Origin: Vulcanimicrobiales bacterium
GTDB taxonomy: Bacteria; Vulcanimicrobiota; Vulcanimicrobiia; Vulcanimicrobiales; Vulcanimicrobiaceae
Assembly: GCA_038231455.1 (NCBI GenBank)
Contig: JBBRLI010000005.1
Span: 32,001 to 96,000, forward strand
Length of the DNA stretch: 64,000 bases
Direction of reading: 5' to 3'
Part shown: positions 10,415 through 19,971 of the stretch, one piece after another
Position numbering within the stretch: position 1 is the first letter of the stretch
Layout: every line of letters begins with the position of its first letter
Notes under the pieces: generated by a model
What the model was told of the DNA's origin: nothing
What the model saw: the letters and a program-made list of their open reading frames with translations, nothing else
Database searches by the model: none
Position numbers and translations under genes: made by a program

Positions 10415-11682
10415 ATCTCCTGGAAATCCGGAAAGCTGATCGCGATCGGCGCAGCATCGTCTACGACAATGTTCCCCGTTCCGGCCGCAAGTACCGCCGC
10501 GCTCATGGCGATTCGGTGATCGCCGGCGCTATCAACCGGAGCGGTCGCTTCGTGGAGCTCCACCGGGTTGACGATGAACCCGTCGGGGCGCTCTTCGATG
10601 TCCGCCCCGACCGAGCGCAGCAGCGCGGCCAGGGTCGCGATCCGGTCGGATTCTTTCTGGCGGAGTTCTTCTGCGCCGCTGACCACGCTTGGGGTCGTAG
10701 CGAAGACGGCCGCAACGCCGAACACCGGTAGCTCGTCGATCATGCGCGAGACGAGCGCCCCCGAGATCGAGGTCCCATTCAAAGGAGCGGCGATCACGCG
10801 AACGTCGGCGATCGGTTCGCCGCCGACTTCGACCGCATTCTCATAGGTGATATTCGCACCCATCGCTCGCAGCGCATCGACGATGCCGGTACGCGTCGGG
10901 TTGACGCCGATGCGTTCGACGACGAGGTCGCTGCCCGGCACGATCGAGGCGGCAACGAAGAAGAACGCGGCAGCGGAAATATCGCCCGGCACTTCGATCT
11001 CGGTGCCGATAAGCGGGCGCGGTTCGAAAACGACCGTTTCGCCGTCCCAAATGACCGGGGCTCCAAATCGCTGCAGCATCCGTTCGGTATGATCGCGACT
11101 GAAGTTATCGCCCGTGATTCGCACGGTTCCGGTGGCGTTCAAATGCGCGAGCAAAATCGCGGACTTGACTTGCGCTGAGGGGACCGAGAGCGCGAACGTT
11201 CCGCCTGCGGGATTGCGAACGCCTGCGATCGTTGCCGGAAGGCGGCCGTTTGTCGTTTCGATCTGCGCGCCGATCGTCCGCAGCGGCACGGCGACGCGTT
11301 CCATCGGACGGCGCTGCAGCGACTCATCGCCGGTGAACTTGGCGCGCACGCCGGCGCCCGCGACGAGGCCCATGAGCATGCGCGCCGTCGAGCCGCTATT
11401 GAGGCAGTCGATGACTTGCACCGGGTCGCGCAGGACGCCGCCGGTGACGACGAGCGTCGCGCCGTTGTCGCGCCCGGCCCAGTGCTGAATGCGAATCCCC
11501 ATCGCCGCGAGTGCTTCGCGCGTGGCTCGAACATCGGCGCCGCGATTGGAGTTCGAGATGACCGTCGTTCCGCGGGAAACCGCACCGAACAGAAGCGCGC
11601 GGTGCGAGATTGATTTATCTCCGGGAACGCGGACGCGGCCGCGGAGTGCGCCGCGGCCGAACGTCGTAGCAGTGGTCATCAT
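10393..11682 (-). CDS. aroA: EPSP synthase
   Basis: PGDKSISHR, NSGST, RRPM, SAQVKS, RDHTE, KESDRI, DHRIAM. Confidence 0.97.
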   Translation of the reverse strand: MMTTATTFGRGALRGRVRVPGDKSISHRALLFGAVSRGTTVISNSNRGADVRATREALAAMGIRIQHWAGRDNGATLVVTGGVLRDPVQVIDCLNSGSTARMLMGLVAGAGVRAKFTGDESLQRRPMERVAVPLRTIGAQIETTNGRLPATIAGVRNPAGGTFALSVPSAQVKSAILLAHLNATGTVRITGDNFSRDHTERMLQRFGAPVIWDGETVVFEPRPLIGTEIEVPGDISAAAFFFVAASIVPGSDLVVERIGVNPTRTGIVDALRAMGANITYENAVEVGGEPIADVRVIAAPLNGTSISGALVSRMIDELPVFGVAAVFATTPSVVSGAEELRQKESDRIATLAALLRSVGADIEERPDGFIVNPVELHEATAPVDSAGDHRIAMSAAVLAAGTGNIVVDDAAPIAISFPDFQEIWTTAQS

Positions 11683-11697
11683 CGGCACGTTTTACCT

Positions 11698-11780
11698 TGG
11701 GGAAGGTGGGACTCGAACCCACATGAGCTCACACTCGGTCGCTTTTGAGGCGACTGCGTATACCATTTCGCCACTTCCCC
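11698..11780 (-). tRNA. tRNA-Leu(CAA)
   Basis: GGGGAAGTGGCGAAATGGTATACGCAGTCGC-CTCAAAA-GCGAC, long variable arm, GGGTTCGAGTCCC; CCA not encoded. Confidence 0.95.
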
Positions 11781-14700
11781 GACTCGGGCAAATTCGCGGA
11801 ACCGACCCGACGCCCTTGTGGGCTTGCGACAATCGCGCGCGCCGCATCGAGCGACTCGGCGGTATCGAGGCGATAGACCATGTGGCGCCGTGCCCCGGCC
11901 GCGAGTCGAAGTTTTACAACTAGGGAACCATCGCCGATCGTCGCTTCGGCTTTTTCGATATCGCCGTGCGGCCACGAGAGCGCGATCACGTCGTGTGTGA
12001 CTTGGTTGTACATGCCGACCGCGTCGCGGTCGAGCGTTTGCGTCGAGGCAGTGAAGTCGCGTACGTCGCGCCCGATTGCCCGCAGATCGTCCGGTGCGCC
12101 AAAGAGGCCAAGCGATGAGATGATGACCGCGCGCTGACTGCTTGCACCCGGATCATCGCCGAACGTCACCTGTTCGTCGACGGAGAATGATGTCGCGCCG
12201 GGTTCGAGTGTTAGCGTTCGTTCGATGTGCTCGCCGTTGGGGAGCACGTCAGGCGGATTGTAGGCGAATCGCACGACGGCGCGCGGACCGGATTCGATCA
12301 CGGCGGCGGCATACTTCCGATTAAAAAAGCCGGCGGGAAAACTATGCGTGTACTTGGCGATCTTGTCCGCCTGGGAGGGCGGCGGTTGAACGAGCACATC
12401 GTCGCGCATTGCGCCGATCGGTGTGAACGCACTTCGCCCGGTGGCAAGCGATTCGAAGACGAATCCGCGCGCGCCGGCGTTCGGTGAGACGACCACGCGA
12501 ACGCGCTCGTTTTCCAACACCACTAGCGGCGCACCATCTTCGAGTAAGTCGGCTTTGAAAGCGATCGCCTCACCGGGTTTTGCCTGCTGTGGGTAGACCA
12601 CCGGGATGCGTACGTCATCGCGAACGATCAGCGTCTGGAGAAGTCTGGACGGTGCCGCTCGATCGATTGTCTTGAGCGATGAGTCGCGTAAGTCGGCTCC
12701 GCTACTCGCGACCATGAGAACTTGCGGCGTTCGAACGTTGAATTCGAGGCGATGGCCGCCGATTTCCAAGCGCACGAAACACTCACCGGGAGAGCCGAAT
12801 TCAACGTTGGATCCGATGCGGCGTGGGTGGCAAGTCGTAAGAATGAGCCGGTCTGCCGCCGAGAATGACTCGCTCAGCGAATGAAGGGGCACGTCCGCGG
12901 CAATAACAAGCGAATCGCGCGCGGGAATGTCGAGCGGACCGACGCGTTCGCGCGTTCCGTCAACGCGACGGAACGCGAGTTCCTTGATCGCGATCGGATT
13001 GACATCGTAGTTCGGGATATCGACGAACGTGGCACGCGATCGATCGTCATGCAGCACGTTTGCGCCAGCAGCGCCGGTCACGGCACGGTCTTTGAGTTCG
13101 CCAATCTCAGCGATCGCTCCGACAATTTTTACACCGCGCGCTTGCAGCGCAGTAAGTTTGAGCCGCACTTGCGTCAGAACGTGACCCGCGCCGGGGATGC
13201 TCGGAACAACAATGTGCCGGTACCGTTCCAAGGTCGTTTCATCACCGAAACGCAGGTCGATCAAATCGCATACCAAGCCGGCATTCCGGCAGGCGCGCTG
13301 CGCGTCTTGCGTACGCGCGGCGATCGTAAAAATCGCCGAATGGGATAGCGCCCGCTCGTCGAACGCGCTTGTTAGATACGCAATGCCGACGTCGGCATCG
13401 CGGTGCGTCGATGCGAGAAGTCCGCCGTAGACGTCGATCAGGTCGGCAAAGCTGCGCATCGGTGCGTACCGCGCGTGGTGAACCGTGGGGTCGATACCGA
13501 GCGCCGCGTCCCAATCGTAGAGCATATTCGAGAACGGCGCTTCCCAGCCGGCAGGCGCGATCGAATCTTGCGCGGGGAAGTTCACGACTCCGTGCGCGCC
13601 AAATCCGAGGAGCGAATGAAGCGCGAGCGTGGTATTGCTCGGATCGGCCGGTCGCGGACGCGTCGATTCGGGTTGTTGCAGCCATCCTGCCTGAAATTCG
13701 CTCATTGCAACGGCTTGATGCGGCCGTGTCTGCAAGAGTCCGGTCGAAAATTCAAGCGCGCCACGGTCGTGCTCGCCGATACTGAAGGCATCGCTTTGAT
13801 ACCAGTTGCCCATCGCCCAAACGGGTGAACTGGCCGTGACTTTCATCTCGTAGGTATTGATGAAGAGCGGGAGCTGCGGGCCGACGATGCTGCGCACGTC
13901 GCTAGCAAGCGTGTCGAGATACGTGCGCAAATGCGGCGCGGGCCACGTTTGATTGTCGATGTACGCGCCCTGATCGTCATCGAGTGCGACGGCGATGACT
14001 TTGTCGGCGATCGGCACGAACTGTCGCAGGGCCATCCCGATCCAGCGTTCGGAATAGCGTACGTGCGTCGCATTTTGCAACCATGCGGCCGCAGCATCGT
14101 CGCTATTCGCGTTTTGCAACGTCGCCGTCGACGGATAGCGACCCTCGAGAATATCGTGGATTGGCATCCCGTATTCGGGGCGCGCGAGCAGCCACGCCGG
14201 ATAGCCGCCGTTGCGCCATTCGTTGCGGATAACGGGTCCGGGCCGAACGATGATCTTGAAGTTTCGCACTTTGAGGAGCGCAATGAGTTCGCCGAGGTCG
14301 CGCCGTGGGCTCGTGCGGCCATCGAAGTCAAAATCGTTGTCGGAGAGTTCGTGCCAGTTCCACGGCACGTAGAGGTCGATCGTGTTGATCCCGAGTGTGG
14401 CGAGCGCATCGAGCGATGCTGCCCACGATGAGCGCGGAAGTCGGTCGTAAAAGAACGCCGCTCCGTAGACGAAGAATGGCCGCCCGTCGACGAGCAAGGT
14501 CGAGGTGCCTCGTCGTTCGACGTTTGCGCTGTGCGTGAATTCGGCTGCATCCGCGGGCTGATATGCCGTCAGCAAGAACGCGAGCGATGCGATCAATGCG
14601 AATGGCCAACTGCGCATCCGTTTCGCCCGGATGAAGAAGACGACGCCGCCGACGAAAAGCGTCAGGACGCCGAAGGTCATCCCCCACGCCGTCGTTTGCG

Positions 14701-15907
14701 TAAAGAGCGCGATCCATCCGCCGAGCGCGACGATCGCCGGAACCGGGAAGAGCCACATGCGGTACGGCGCGGGAGCAGCGGTTCGGCGTAAGAGAACGAG
14801 AGCCGCGATTTGGCCGATTCCTTGGATGAGGAAGATGCCGGCGCTAAGCGCGTTGATGACTTGATCCAAGGACAGAAACGCTGCGGCGGGGAGTGCGATC
14901 AGTCCGAGCGTCACGAGCGAGACATCCGGAAATTTTCCGCTTGGATGCAGGTGCGCGAACGGCCGCAGAAAGTTGCCGTCGAGTGCCGCGGCATACGGAA
15001 TGCGGGCCGAACCTAGCAGCAATCCATATGTTGATGCAAACGCCGTGATCAAGATGAGGACCGTTACGATCGCGGCGGGGACCGCGCCCCACGTGCGTTC
15101 GATAACGAGTGAGGCGACCGACTGCGATTTTGCGACAAGGTCGGCGGGGACGGCGCTGAAGACACCGAGATTGAGCAGCACGTAGAGCGTCGCGACGAGG
15201 GCAACCGAGAGCACGATCGTGCGTGGAATCGTGCGCACGGGGTCGCGGACTTCATCGCCGAGCGCGCAGACTTCGTTGTAGCCCGAATAGTCGTAGAGAA
15301 TATAGATGAGCGCCGAACCCAGTGCGAGCCAACCGACGCTCGTGAACGATTGCGGGACGATCGCGGTGATTGCGACCGTCGGGTGTGTCAAACCCGCAAA
15401 GGCGATGAGCGCGATCGTCACGACGGCGACCACGCTTAGGCCGGATGCGACGCGCGCGATCGTCGGGATCGCGCGGTAGAGCAAGAACAGCGTGAGTGCG
15501 CCGAGTCCGACGGCAAGGGCGCGCTGCGCGACCTGATTCGTGCCGAAGATCGGCGCAAGATAGGCCGCATATTGTGCAAAGCCGATGTAGCCCGATGCTA
15601 GCGTTAGTGGCGCCCAGAAAATGAACTGCCACACGAAGAGAAACGCAAACAGCTTTCCGTAACGCGATGCGCCGAAGGCCTCGCGCAAGTACACGTACGT
15701 CCCCCCGCTGCCGGGAAAGCGCGATGCGAGTTCGGCGTACACAAGCCCATCGCAGATCGCGATGAGCGCGCCAATCACCCACGCGGCGACCGAGACCGAT
15801 CCGTGCAGCGCAACGACGACGAGGGGGATCGTTATGAGCGGCCCCGCGCCAATCATCGTAATGATGTTGACGGCGAGTGCGCTGCGCGCTCCGAGACCGC
15901 GTATCAC
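11729..15907 (-). CDS. APC-family amino-acid permease fused to a GH35-like (beta-galactosidase/exo-glucosaminidase) glycoside hydrolase
   Basis: aa 1-430: MIGAG, YAELASRFPGSGGTYVYL, EVRDP.RTIPR. After that: YVPWNWHE, RPGPVIRNEWRNGGYPAWL, MSEFQAGW. One uninterrupted frame. Confidence 0.85.
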   Translation of the reverse strand: MIRGLGARSALAVNIITMIGAGPLITIPLVVVALHGSVSVAAWVIGALIAICDGLVYAELASRFPGSGGTYVYLREAFGASRYGKLFAFLFVWQFIFWAPLTLASGYIGFAQYAAYLAPIFGTNQVAQRALAVGLGALTLFLLYRAIPTIARVASGLSVVAVVTIALIAFAGLTHPTVAITAIVPQSFTSVGWLALGSALIYILYDYSGYNEVCALGDEVRDPVRTIPRTIVLSVALVATLYVLLNLGVFSAVPADLVAKSQSVASLVIERTWGAVPAAIVTVLILITAFASTYGLLLGSARIPYAAALDGNFLRPFAHLHPSGKFPDVSLVTLGLIALPAAAFLSLDQVINALSAGIFLIQGIGQIAALVLLRRTAAPAPYRMWLFPVPAIVALGGWIALFTQTTAWGMTFGVLTLFVGGVVFFIRAKRMRSWPFALIASLAFLLTAYQPADAAEFTHSANVERRGTSTLLVDGRPFFVYGAAFFYDRLPRSSWAASLDALATLGINTIDLYVPWNWHELSDNDFDFDGRTSPRRDLGELIALLKVRNFKIIVRPGPVIRNEWRNGGYPAWLLARPEYGMPIHDILEGRYPSTATLQNANSDDAAAAWLQNATHVRYSERWIGMALRQFVPIADKVIAVALDDDQGAYIDNQTWPAPHLRTYLDTLASDVRSIVGPQLPLFINTYEMKVTASSPVWAMGNWYQSDAFSIGEHDRGALEFSTGLLQTRPHQAVAMSEFQAGWLQQPESTRPRPADPSNTTLALHSLLGFGAHGVVNFPAQDSIAPAGWEAPFSNMLYDWDAALGIDPTVHHARYAPMRSFADLIDVYGGLLASTHRDADVGIAYLTSAFDERALSHSAIFTIAARTQDAQRACRNAGLVCDLIDLRFGDETTLERYRHIVVPSIPGAGHVLTQVRLKLTALQARGVKIVGAIAEIGELKDRAVTGAAGANVLHDDRSRATFVDIPNYDVNPIAIKELAFRRVDGTRERVGPLDIPARDSLVIAADVPLHSLSESFSAADRLILTTCHPRRIGSNVEFGSPGECFVRLEIGGHRLEFNVRTPQVLMVASSGADLRDSSLKTIDRAAPSRLLQTLIVRDDVRIPVVYPQQAKPGEAIAFKADLLEDGAPLVVLENERVRVVVSPNAGARGFVFESLATGRSAFTPIGAMRDDVLVQPPPSQADKIAKYTHSFPAGFFNRKYAAAVIESGPRAVVRFAYNPPDVLPNGEHIERTLTLEPGATSFSVDEQVTFGDDPGASSQRAVIISSLGLFGAPDDLRAIGRDVRDFTASTQTLDRDAVGMYNQVTHDVIALSWPHGDIEKAEATIGDGSLVVKLRLAAGARRHMVYRLDTAESLDAARAIVASPQGRRVGSANLPESGKWRNGIRSRLKSDRV

Positions 15908-15957
15908 CCTCGCTCTTTATCGAGGCGAATCGAACGGCCCTGGAAAAAACGGTTGCG

Positions 15958-17022
15958 ATGAACGACCTCTCGCGCCTCCTGAAACTCCAAGGCCGGCTGA
16001 CCATCGATACCGTCCTCAGCGCGGCGCTTGCGGGGAATCCGCTCGGCGATCCCGCAGAGCGGCCGCTCGCCGTCTACACGCCGCCGGGGTACGATCCCGA
16101 GGGCTCGACGCGCTATCCCGTCCTCTACTGTTTGCACGGCTACACAGGCGACGTCGCGGGACTCGTAAGCGGACGCGCGTGGGAGACCAACGTCGTGCAG
16201 TGGGTCGACCGGCTGATCGCGATCGGGAAGATGCCGCCCGTGTTGCTTGCAATCGTCGACGGTTTCACGCGCCTCGGTGGTTCGCAGTACGTCGATTCCG
16301 TTCACAACGGGAACTACGCGACCTATACGATCGCTGAGGTCATTCCGCAAGTCGATCGCACCTATCGGACGATTCCTCAAGCCGGTGGCCGTGCCGTCTT
16401 CGGAAAATCATCGGGCGGTTTCGGCGCGCTGCATCTTTCGCTTGCGTTTCCCGGGACGTTCGCCGCGCTCGCATCCCACAGCGGCGACCTCTATTTCGGG
16501 TACGCTCATCTGCCATCGTTTCCGACGGCGCAGCGAACGCTCGAAACGTTCTACGCCATTTTGGCGGCCGATCCGAGTGCGGAGCATAACCCGATTGCGG
16601 AGTTCGTCGCCGTGTTTGAGGGGATGTCGAAGCGGCCGCAAGCGTACTATCAGACGATCGAGATGCTCGGCTATGGTGCGGCGTATTCACCGGCCGGAGC
16701 GACAGCCTTCGATATCGATTTGCCATGGGATCGCAAGACGGGCGAGTTGCGTGCGGATGTCTTTGCGCGCTGGCTTTCATTCGATCCATGCGAGCGCGTG
16801 ACGTCGAGTCTCCCGGCCCTCCAAGCGATGCGCTTACGCTACATCGATTGCGGCAGGCGCGATGAATACGGACTCGATATCGGCGCGCGCATCCTGGTCT
16901 CACGTATGCGCGAGGCGGGCCTGGAGGTCCAACACGAAGAGTTCGATGACGACCACCGCAACGTGGGCTATCGCTACTCCGTCTCGCTTCCGCTGCTCGC
17001 CTCGGTCTTGGATCGAGAATAG
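15958..17022 (+). CDS. Alpha/beta-hydrolase (putative esterase family)
   Basis: VYTPPGY..YPVLYCLHG, GKSSGG nucleophile, DCG..DE, H near the C-terminus. Confidence 0.88.
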   Translation: MNDLSRLLKLQGRLTIDTVLSAALAGNPLGDPAERPLAVYTPPGYDPEGSTRYPVLYCLHGYTGDVAGLVSGRAWETNVVQWVDRLIAIGKMPPVLLAIVDGFTRLGGSQYVDSVHNGNYATYTIAEVIPQVDRTYRTIPQAGGRAVFGKSSGGFGALHLSLAFPGTFAALASHSGDLYFGYAHLPSFPTAQRTLETFYAILAADPSAEHNPIAEFVAVFEGMSKRPQAYYQTIEMLGYGAAYSPAGATAFDIDLPWDRKTGELRADVFARWLSFDPCERVTSSLPALQAMRLRYIDCGRRDEYGLDIGARILVSRMREAGLEVQHEEFDDDHRNVGYRYSVSLPLLASVLDRE

Positions 17023-17024
17023 CC

Positions 17025-17570
17025 GTGGCATCAGCGATCCTTGCCGCTCTCTATGCGGGCGACCGTGCCGAAGCGTATCGCTTAGCTCGCGCGATTCCGC
17101 TGCTCGATGTGTTTGAGGCTGCCGCGCTTGGTGATGCCGATGCGCTCGCGGAGCGACTCGAGGAAGATCCAACGGCGGTCGATGCGATCGCGCCCGACGG
17201 TTTCACGCCGCTCCATCTGTCCGCGTACTTCGGCGGACTAAGCGCTGCGCGGTACCTGATCGCACACGGAGCGACAATCGACGCGCTCTCCCAGAATGCC
17301 ATGAGCGTCACGCCGCTCCATAGTGCTGTCTCAGCCCATCAAGCGACGATCGTCTCGTTGTTGCTCGCGAACGGCGCCAACCCCAACGTCCCGCAACGCG
17401 GCGGCATCGTCCCGCTCCATCAAGCCGCGCACAACGGGGACGATGACTCAATCGAAGCTTTGCTGGTCGCGGGTGCCAACCGTGATGTTCGCTCCGACGA
17501 CGGGCGGCTTCCGATCGATTACGCCTCGCCGGACAAGCGCGCGCTCTACGAACCGCTACTCCGTTTTTAA
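17025..17570 (+). CDS. Ankyrin-repeat protein
   Basis: GFTPLHL, TPLHSA, PLHQAA repeats. Confidence 0.92.
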   Translation: MASAILAALYAGDRAEAYRLARAIPLLDVFEAAALGDADALAERLEEDPTAVDAIAPDGFTPLHLSAYFGGLSAARYLIAHGATIDALSQNAMSVTPLHSAVSAHQATIVSLLLANGANPNVPQRGGIVPLHQAAHNGDDDSIEALLVAGANRDVRSDDGRLPIDYASPDKRALYEPLLRF

Positions 17571-17980
17571 GCCGTCACCGGTGCGGAGACCGCGGTGCAG
17601 AATTTGCAGCGCGTGGCGGCGGCCGGGATATCGCTCATGCACTCCGGGCATTCGCGCATCGCCGGCGCTTCGTCGGCCGGCTTTTTGAATCGAGCCGTGA
17701 CGGCGTTCATCGGCGATATGACGAAGAAATAAATCGCGAAGGCGACGAGCAAAAACGCGATGATGGCGTTGATGAAATCGCCGACCGCAAATTTGCTGTT
17801 GTTGATCGTAAAGGCCAGCGCTGCAAAATCCGGCTTGCCGACGATCGCGGCGATGAGCGGCGTGATGAGGTCTTTCACAAACGCCGTAACGACCGCGCCG
17901 AATGCGGCTCCAATGACCACCGCCACCGCTAGGTCGATGACGTTTCCGCGCATGATGAACGATCCAAAGCCTTTGATCAT
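17567..17980 (-). CDS. mscL: Large-conductance mechanosensitive channel
   Basis: F..FIMRGNVIDLAVAVVIGAAF; C-terminal CPEC..RCKFC extension. Confidence 0.95.
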   Translation of the reverse strand: MIKGFGSFIMRGNVIDLAVAVVIGAAFGAVVTAFVKDLITPLIAAIVGKPDFAALAFTINNSKFAVGDFINAIIAFLLVAFAIYFFVISPMNAVTARFKKPADEAPAMRECPECMSDIPAAATRCKFCTAVSAPVTA

Positions 17981-18003
17981 GCGCGGCTCATTCGCGGGGT
18001 ACG

Positions 18004-18035
18004 AAAAAGCCCCTGGCGTTTTCGCGCCGGAGGCC
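18004..18035 (-). terminator. Intrinsic terminator after the PfpI gene
   Basis: Minus strand reads gcctccggcg-cgaaaa-cgccaggggc-ttttt. Confidence 0.6.
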
Positions 18036-18054
18036 TGATGCTGTGATGCAGGGC

Positions 18055-18618
18055 TTAACGGCCAGGCGTGCTCCCCGCAAGCGTCTGAGCGATGAGGCCG
18101 ATCAAGGCTTTGTTGAATTCCGGAATGTCGTCCGGCTGACGGCTGGTCACAAGGTTGCGGTCGACCACGACGGCCTGATCGCTCCACTGCGCGCCGGCGT
18201 TTTTCAGATCGTCTTGGATCGTCGAGTAACTCGTGAGGTGACGACCTTCAGCAACTCCCGATGACACGAGCAGCCACGGTGCATGGCAAATCGCGCCGAT
18301 TGGTTTTTGCGCAGCGTCGAATGACTTCACGAATGCTTGGGCCTGCGGAAGCATGCGAATCGCATCGGCATTCAGGCCGCCGCCCGGGAGCAAAAGCGCG
18401 TCGTACGATTCGGGTTTGACCTCATCGAACGTCTTATCCGGTGTCACGGTGATTGAGGGCTTTATATGCTGAAAGGCCTGCAGCGGCTCGCGCTTCTCGG
18501 AAATGATGTCGACGACGGCACCCGCATTCCGAAGACCCTTGACCGTATCGACGAGTTCGGCTTCTTCGAACCCGTCGCAAACGAGGGCAGCAACATGTTT
18601 TCCATTGAGATTTTGCAT
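18055..18618 (-). CDS. PfpI/DJ-1 family protein
   Basis: DGFEEAE, LLLPGG, AICHAPW, LVTSRQPDD. Confidence 0.93.
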   Translation of the reverse strand: MQNLNGKHVAALVCDGFEEAELVDTVKGLRNAGAVVDIISEKREPLQAFQHIKPSITVTPDKTFDEVKPESYDALLLPGGGLNADAIRMLPQAQAFVKSFDAAQKPIGAICHAPWLLVSSGVAEGRHLTSYSTIQDDLKNAGAQWSDQAVVVDRNLVTSRQPDDIPEFNKALIGLIAQTLAGSTPGR

Positions 18619-18627
18619 GGATCTTTC

Positions 18628-18653
18628 ATACCCGAGCGCGGATGCGATACACG
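18628..18653 (-). promoter_or_regulatory. SigB/SigF-type promoter of the PfpI gene
   Basis: CGTGT-N15-GGGTAT, ending 9 nt before the ATG. Confidence 0.55.
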
Positions 18654-18690
18654 TAGCGTCAGCTTGCATAGAGGCCGAATAGCCATCGTT

Positions 18691-19290
18691 TCAACGCGAC
18701 GCTGACGTGCACGCTCCGTCGCGTGGGCGAAAGGCGCACGCATTCTTTTTTGGCACGCCCTTTGCGATCATCTCATCAACGATAAGGTAGCCGCCGGTGC
18801 CGCCAATCCAGCTCCAGTTCTCGCCGCGTTTGCGAAAGAGCGAAACCCCGCCTCCGGCGCCGCTCCACGTCCCGAGTGCGTACAAACCCGAAACGAGCAC
18901 TTCGGGCGTGAGGGGACCCTGCATTAAACTCCGAACGCGCTCGACATCGGCGTCGTCCCCCCTGTCCGCGCTCTTAGCGCATGCTCCATCGTGTTCTTCG
19001 GGCAGGGGCATTCCGTGAAGCAGCGTTCGTTCTGCGTCACGACCGATGTCAAATTCGCGAAGATCGCAACGGTTTGAAACGCTCGCGATGGCTTGCCATC
19101 CGAATCCAAATTGCTTGACCAAAAGCGGATCGCTCGCCGGTTGCCCCTCGAGCGTGCCACCCTCCGTTAAGACGAGCGCATAGCGGGCCATGCGATTGAT
19201 GCGAACGATGCGGGTCGGCGCATTTCCGGCGGCGCGTACCGCTGCACCACCTGCCGTCGATGAATATGCCGGCCCGTCGGCTCGTGTGGA
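18691..19290 (-). pseudogene. Second copy of a secreted-protein domain, lacking its own start and signal peptide
   Basis: Homologous along its length to the upstream ORF (ALVLT.GG, LVK.F.FGWQA, ADVE.VR..M.G, ALG.W.G.GGG.SLF) but in a different frame. Confidence 0.55.
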
Positions 19291-19936
19291 CGGCCTTACA
19301 GGCAACGTCGCTTGGATCGAGTCGACACGCCGTGGTAAACGGAACGCCGTAACCCCGCATGACCGGCACGCCGAGAACACCGCCGCCGTTTGCAATCTGC
19401 AGCCACGTACCCGATCGGTTTACAAAGAGCGAGCCGCCTCCACCGGGACCCCACCACTCGCCCAGCGCGAAATTTCCCGAAACGCCGACGTACGGTATGA
19501 ACGCACCGTGCATGCGTTCGCGGACGCTTTCAACGTCGGCACGCGGACCAACATCGTGGATCCACGCGCACCCCTCGACCGCGTGCGACGGCTTGGGCAT
19601 CGAGGCGCGAAGGCGCGCTTCTTGACTTGCCACAAGGCCGATGCTCCGAACAACGCAGTCGTCTTCAACGAGCCCGAGCGCTTGCCACCCAAACGAGAAA
19701 CGTTTGACGAGCACGGGAAATTTAACCGACTCGTTTTCGATGACGCCGCCATCGGTCAAGACCAGAGCAAAACGACCGACTTCGTTCAGGCGGACGGCAT
19801 GTTTCGCAGGCGGATTGTTGACCGCGATATTCGCCGCCCCAACCGCGCTCGAGCCGTAGGCACGATACGTCTCTGCACTATCGGCCCGCGCAGTGAGCAA
19901 CGCGCTCACAAGGGCAAGTGCACCCAACACTCTCAT
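19049..19936 (-). CDS. Hypothetical secreted protein (C-terminus runs out of frame over its paralog)
   Basis: Signal peptide MRVLGALALVSALLTARA|D; the homologous domain ends near 19290. Confidence 0.6.
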   Translation of the reverse strand: MRVLGALALVSALLTARADSAETYRAYGSSAVGAANIAVNNPPAKHAVRLNEVGRFALVLTDGGVIENESVKFPVLVKRFSFGWQALGLVEDDCVVRSIGLVASQEARLRASMPKPSHAVEGCAWIHDVGPRADVESVRERMHGAFIPYVGVSGNFALGEWWGPGGGGSLFVNRSGTWLQIANGGGVLGVPVMRGYGVPFTTACRLDPSDVACKAVHTSRRAGIFIDGRWCSGTRRRKCADPHRSHQSHGPLCARLNGGWHARGATGERSAFGQAIWIRMASHRERFKPLRSSRI

Positions 19937-19971
19937 GGCATTCAGATACGAAGCGGGGAGGTGAATGCCTT

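Noticed and set aside
11679-11975. 98-aa ORF spanning tRNA-Leu
   Set aside because: Alternative-frame translation of the tRNA and the end of the glycosidase gene
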